A stretch of 63,622 nucleotides of DNA, filler included, from Phoronis australis (Eukaryota > Animalia > Phoronida), in NCBI GenBank assembly GCA_002633005.1. It is 9 parts of 9 records of this genome, joined end to end, with 100 filler letters (N's around TTAATTAATTAA, not from the genome) between each part and the next. Parts side by side here need not be neighbours in the genome. Positions count along the whole stretch, not along the records: positions 60,390 to 63,622 come from NMRA01003134.1; 8 more parts are not named here. One strand, written 5' to 3'. Below, in pieces: positions 63,461 through 63,622 of the stretch. The position numbers and the translations under genes are program-made. Positions within the stretch are counted from its first letter, which is position 1. Every line of letters begins with the position of its first letter. The notes under the pieces were generated by a model that searched no databases, was not told the DNA's origin, and saw only the letters and a program-made list of their open reading frames with translations.

Positions 63461-63622
63461 GTAAGTCATATTTGCATATGTTAGCAAAAATTTTTGGAAA
63501 TTGATTTACCCAATATACCGTACATGTTACCTAAGGCAAAGATCTTTATCAGCTATTTCCTTTCAATGTCACTGAAAACAGTTCCTGCAAAACCCTGCCA
63601 GTGGAGTAAAGTTAGCCATTAG

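Overview
AT-rich, intron-containing animal DNA, most plausibly from an invertebrate draft assembly. The window is nine pieces joined by eight artificial 100-bp spacers (44 N + TTAATTAATTAA + 44 N), so neighbourhood across spacers cannot be assumed. Genes read by hand with GT-AG boundaries: six exons of a C05D11.1-like M16 metallopeptidase (-), six exons of a disabled TEP1/NWD-like NACHT NTPase gene (-; one frameshift, one premature TAA), an uninterrupted NHL-repeat beta-propeller exon (-), the first coding exon of UTP6 (-) and four exons of LRRC45 (+). Repeats: a decayed CR1-group LINE with ORF1, ORF2 and a duplicated 3' stem-loop; a DD37D (maT) transposase remnant; tRNA-derived SINEs; several MITE/foldback families; and several mini/satellites. 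I found no convincing new multi-gene system. The most unusual structure is a ~177-bp satellite in which each unit carries a 17-7-17 hairpin, and in one unit only the 7-bp spacer is inverted. Family assignments come from motif recognition, not database searches.
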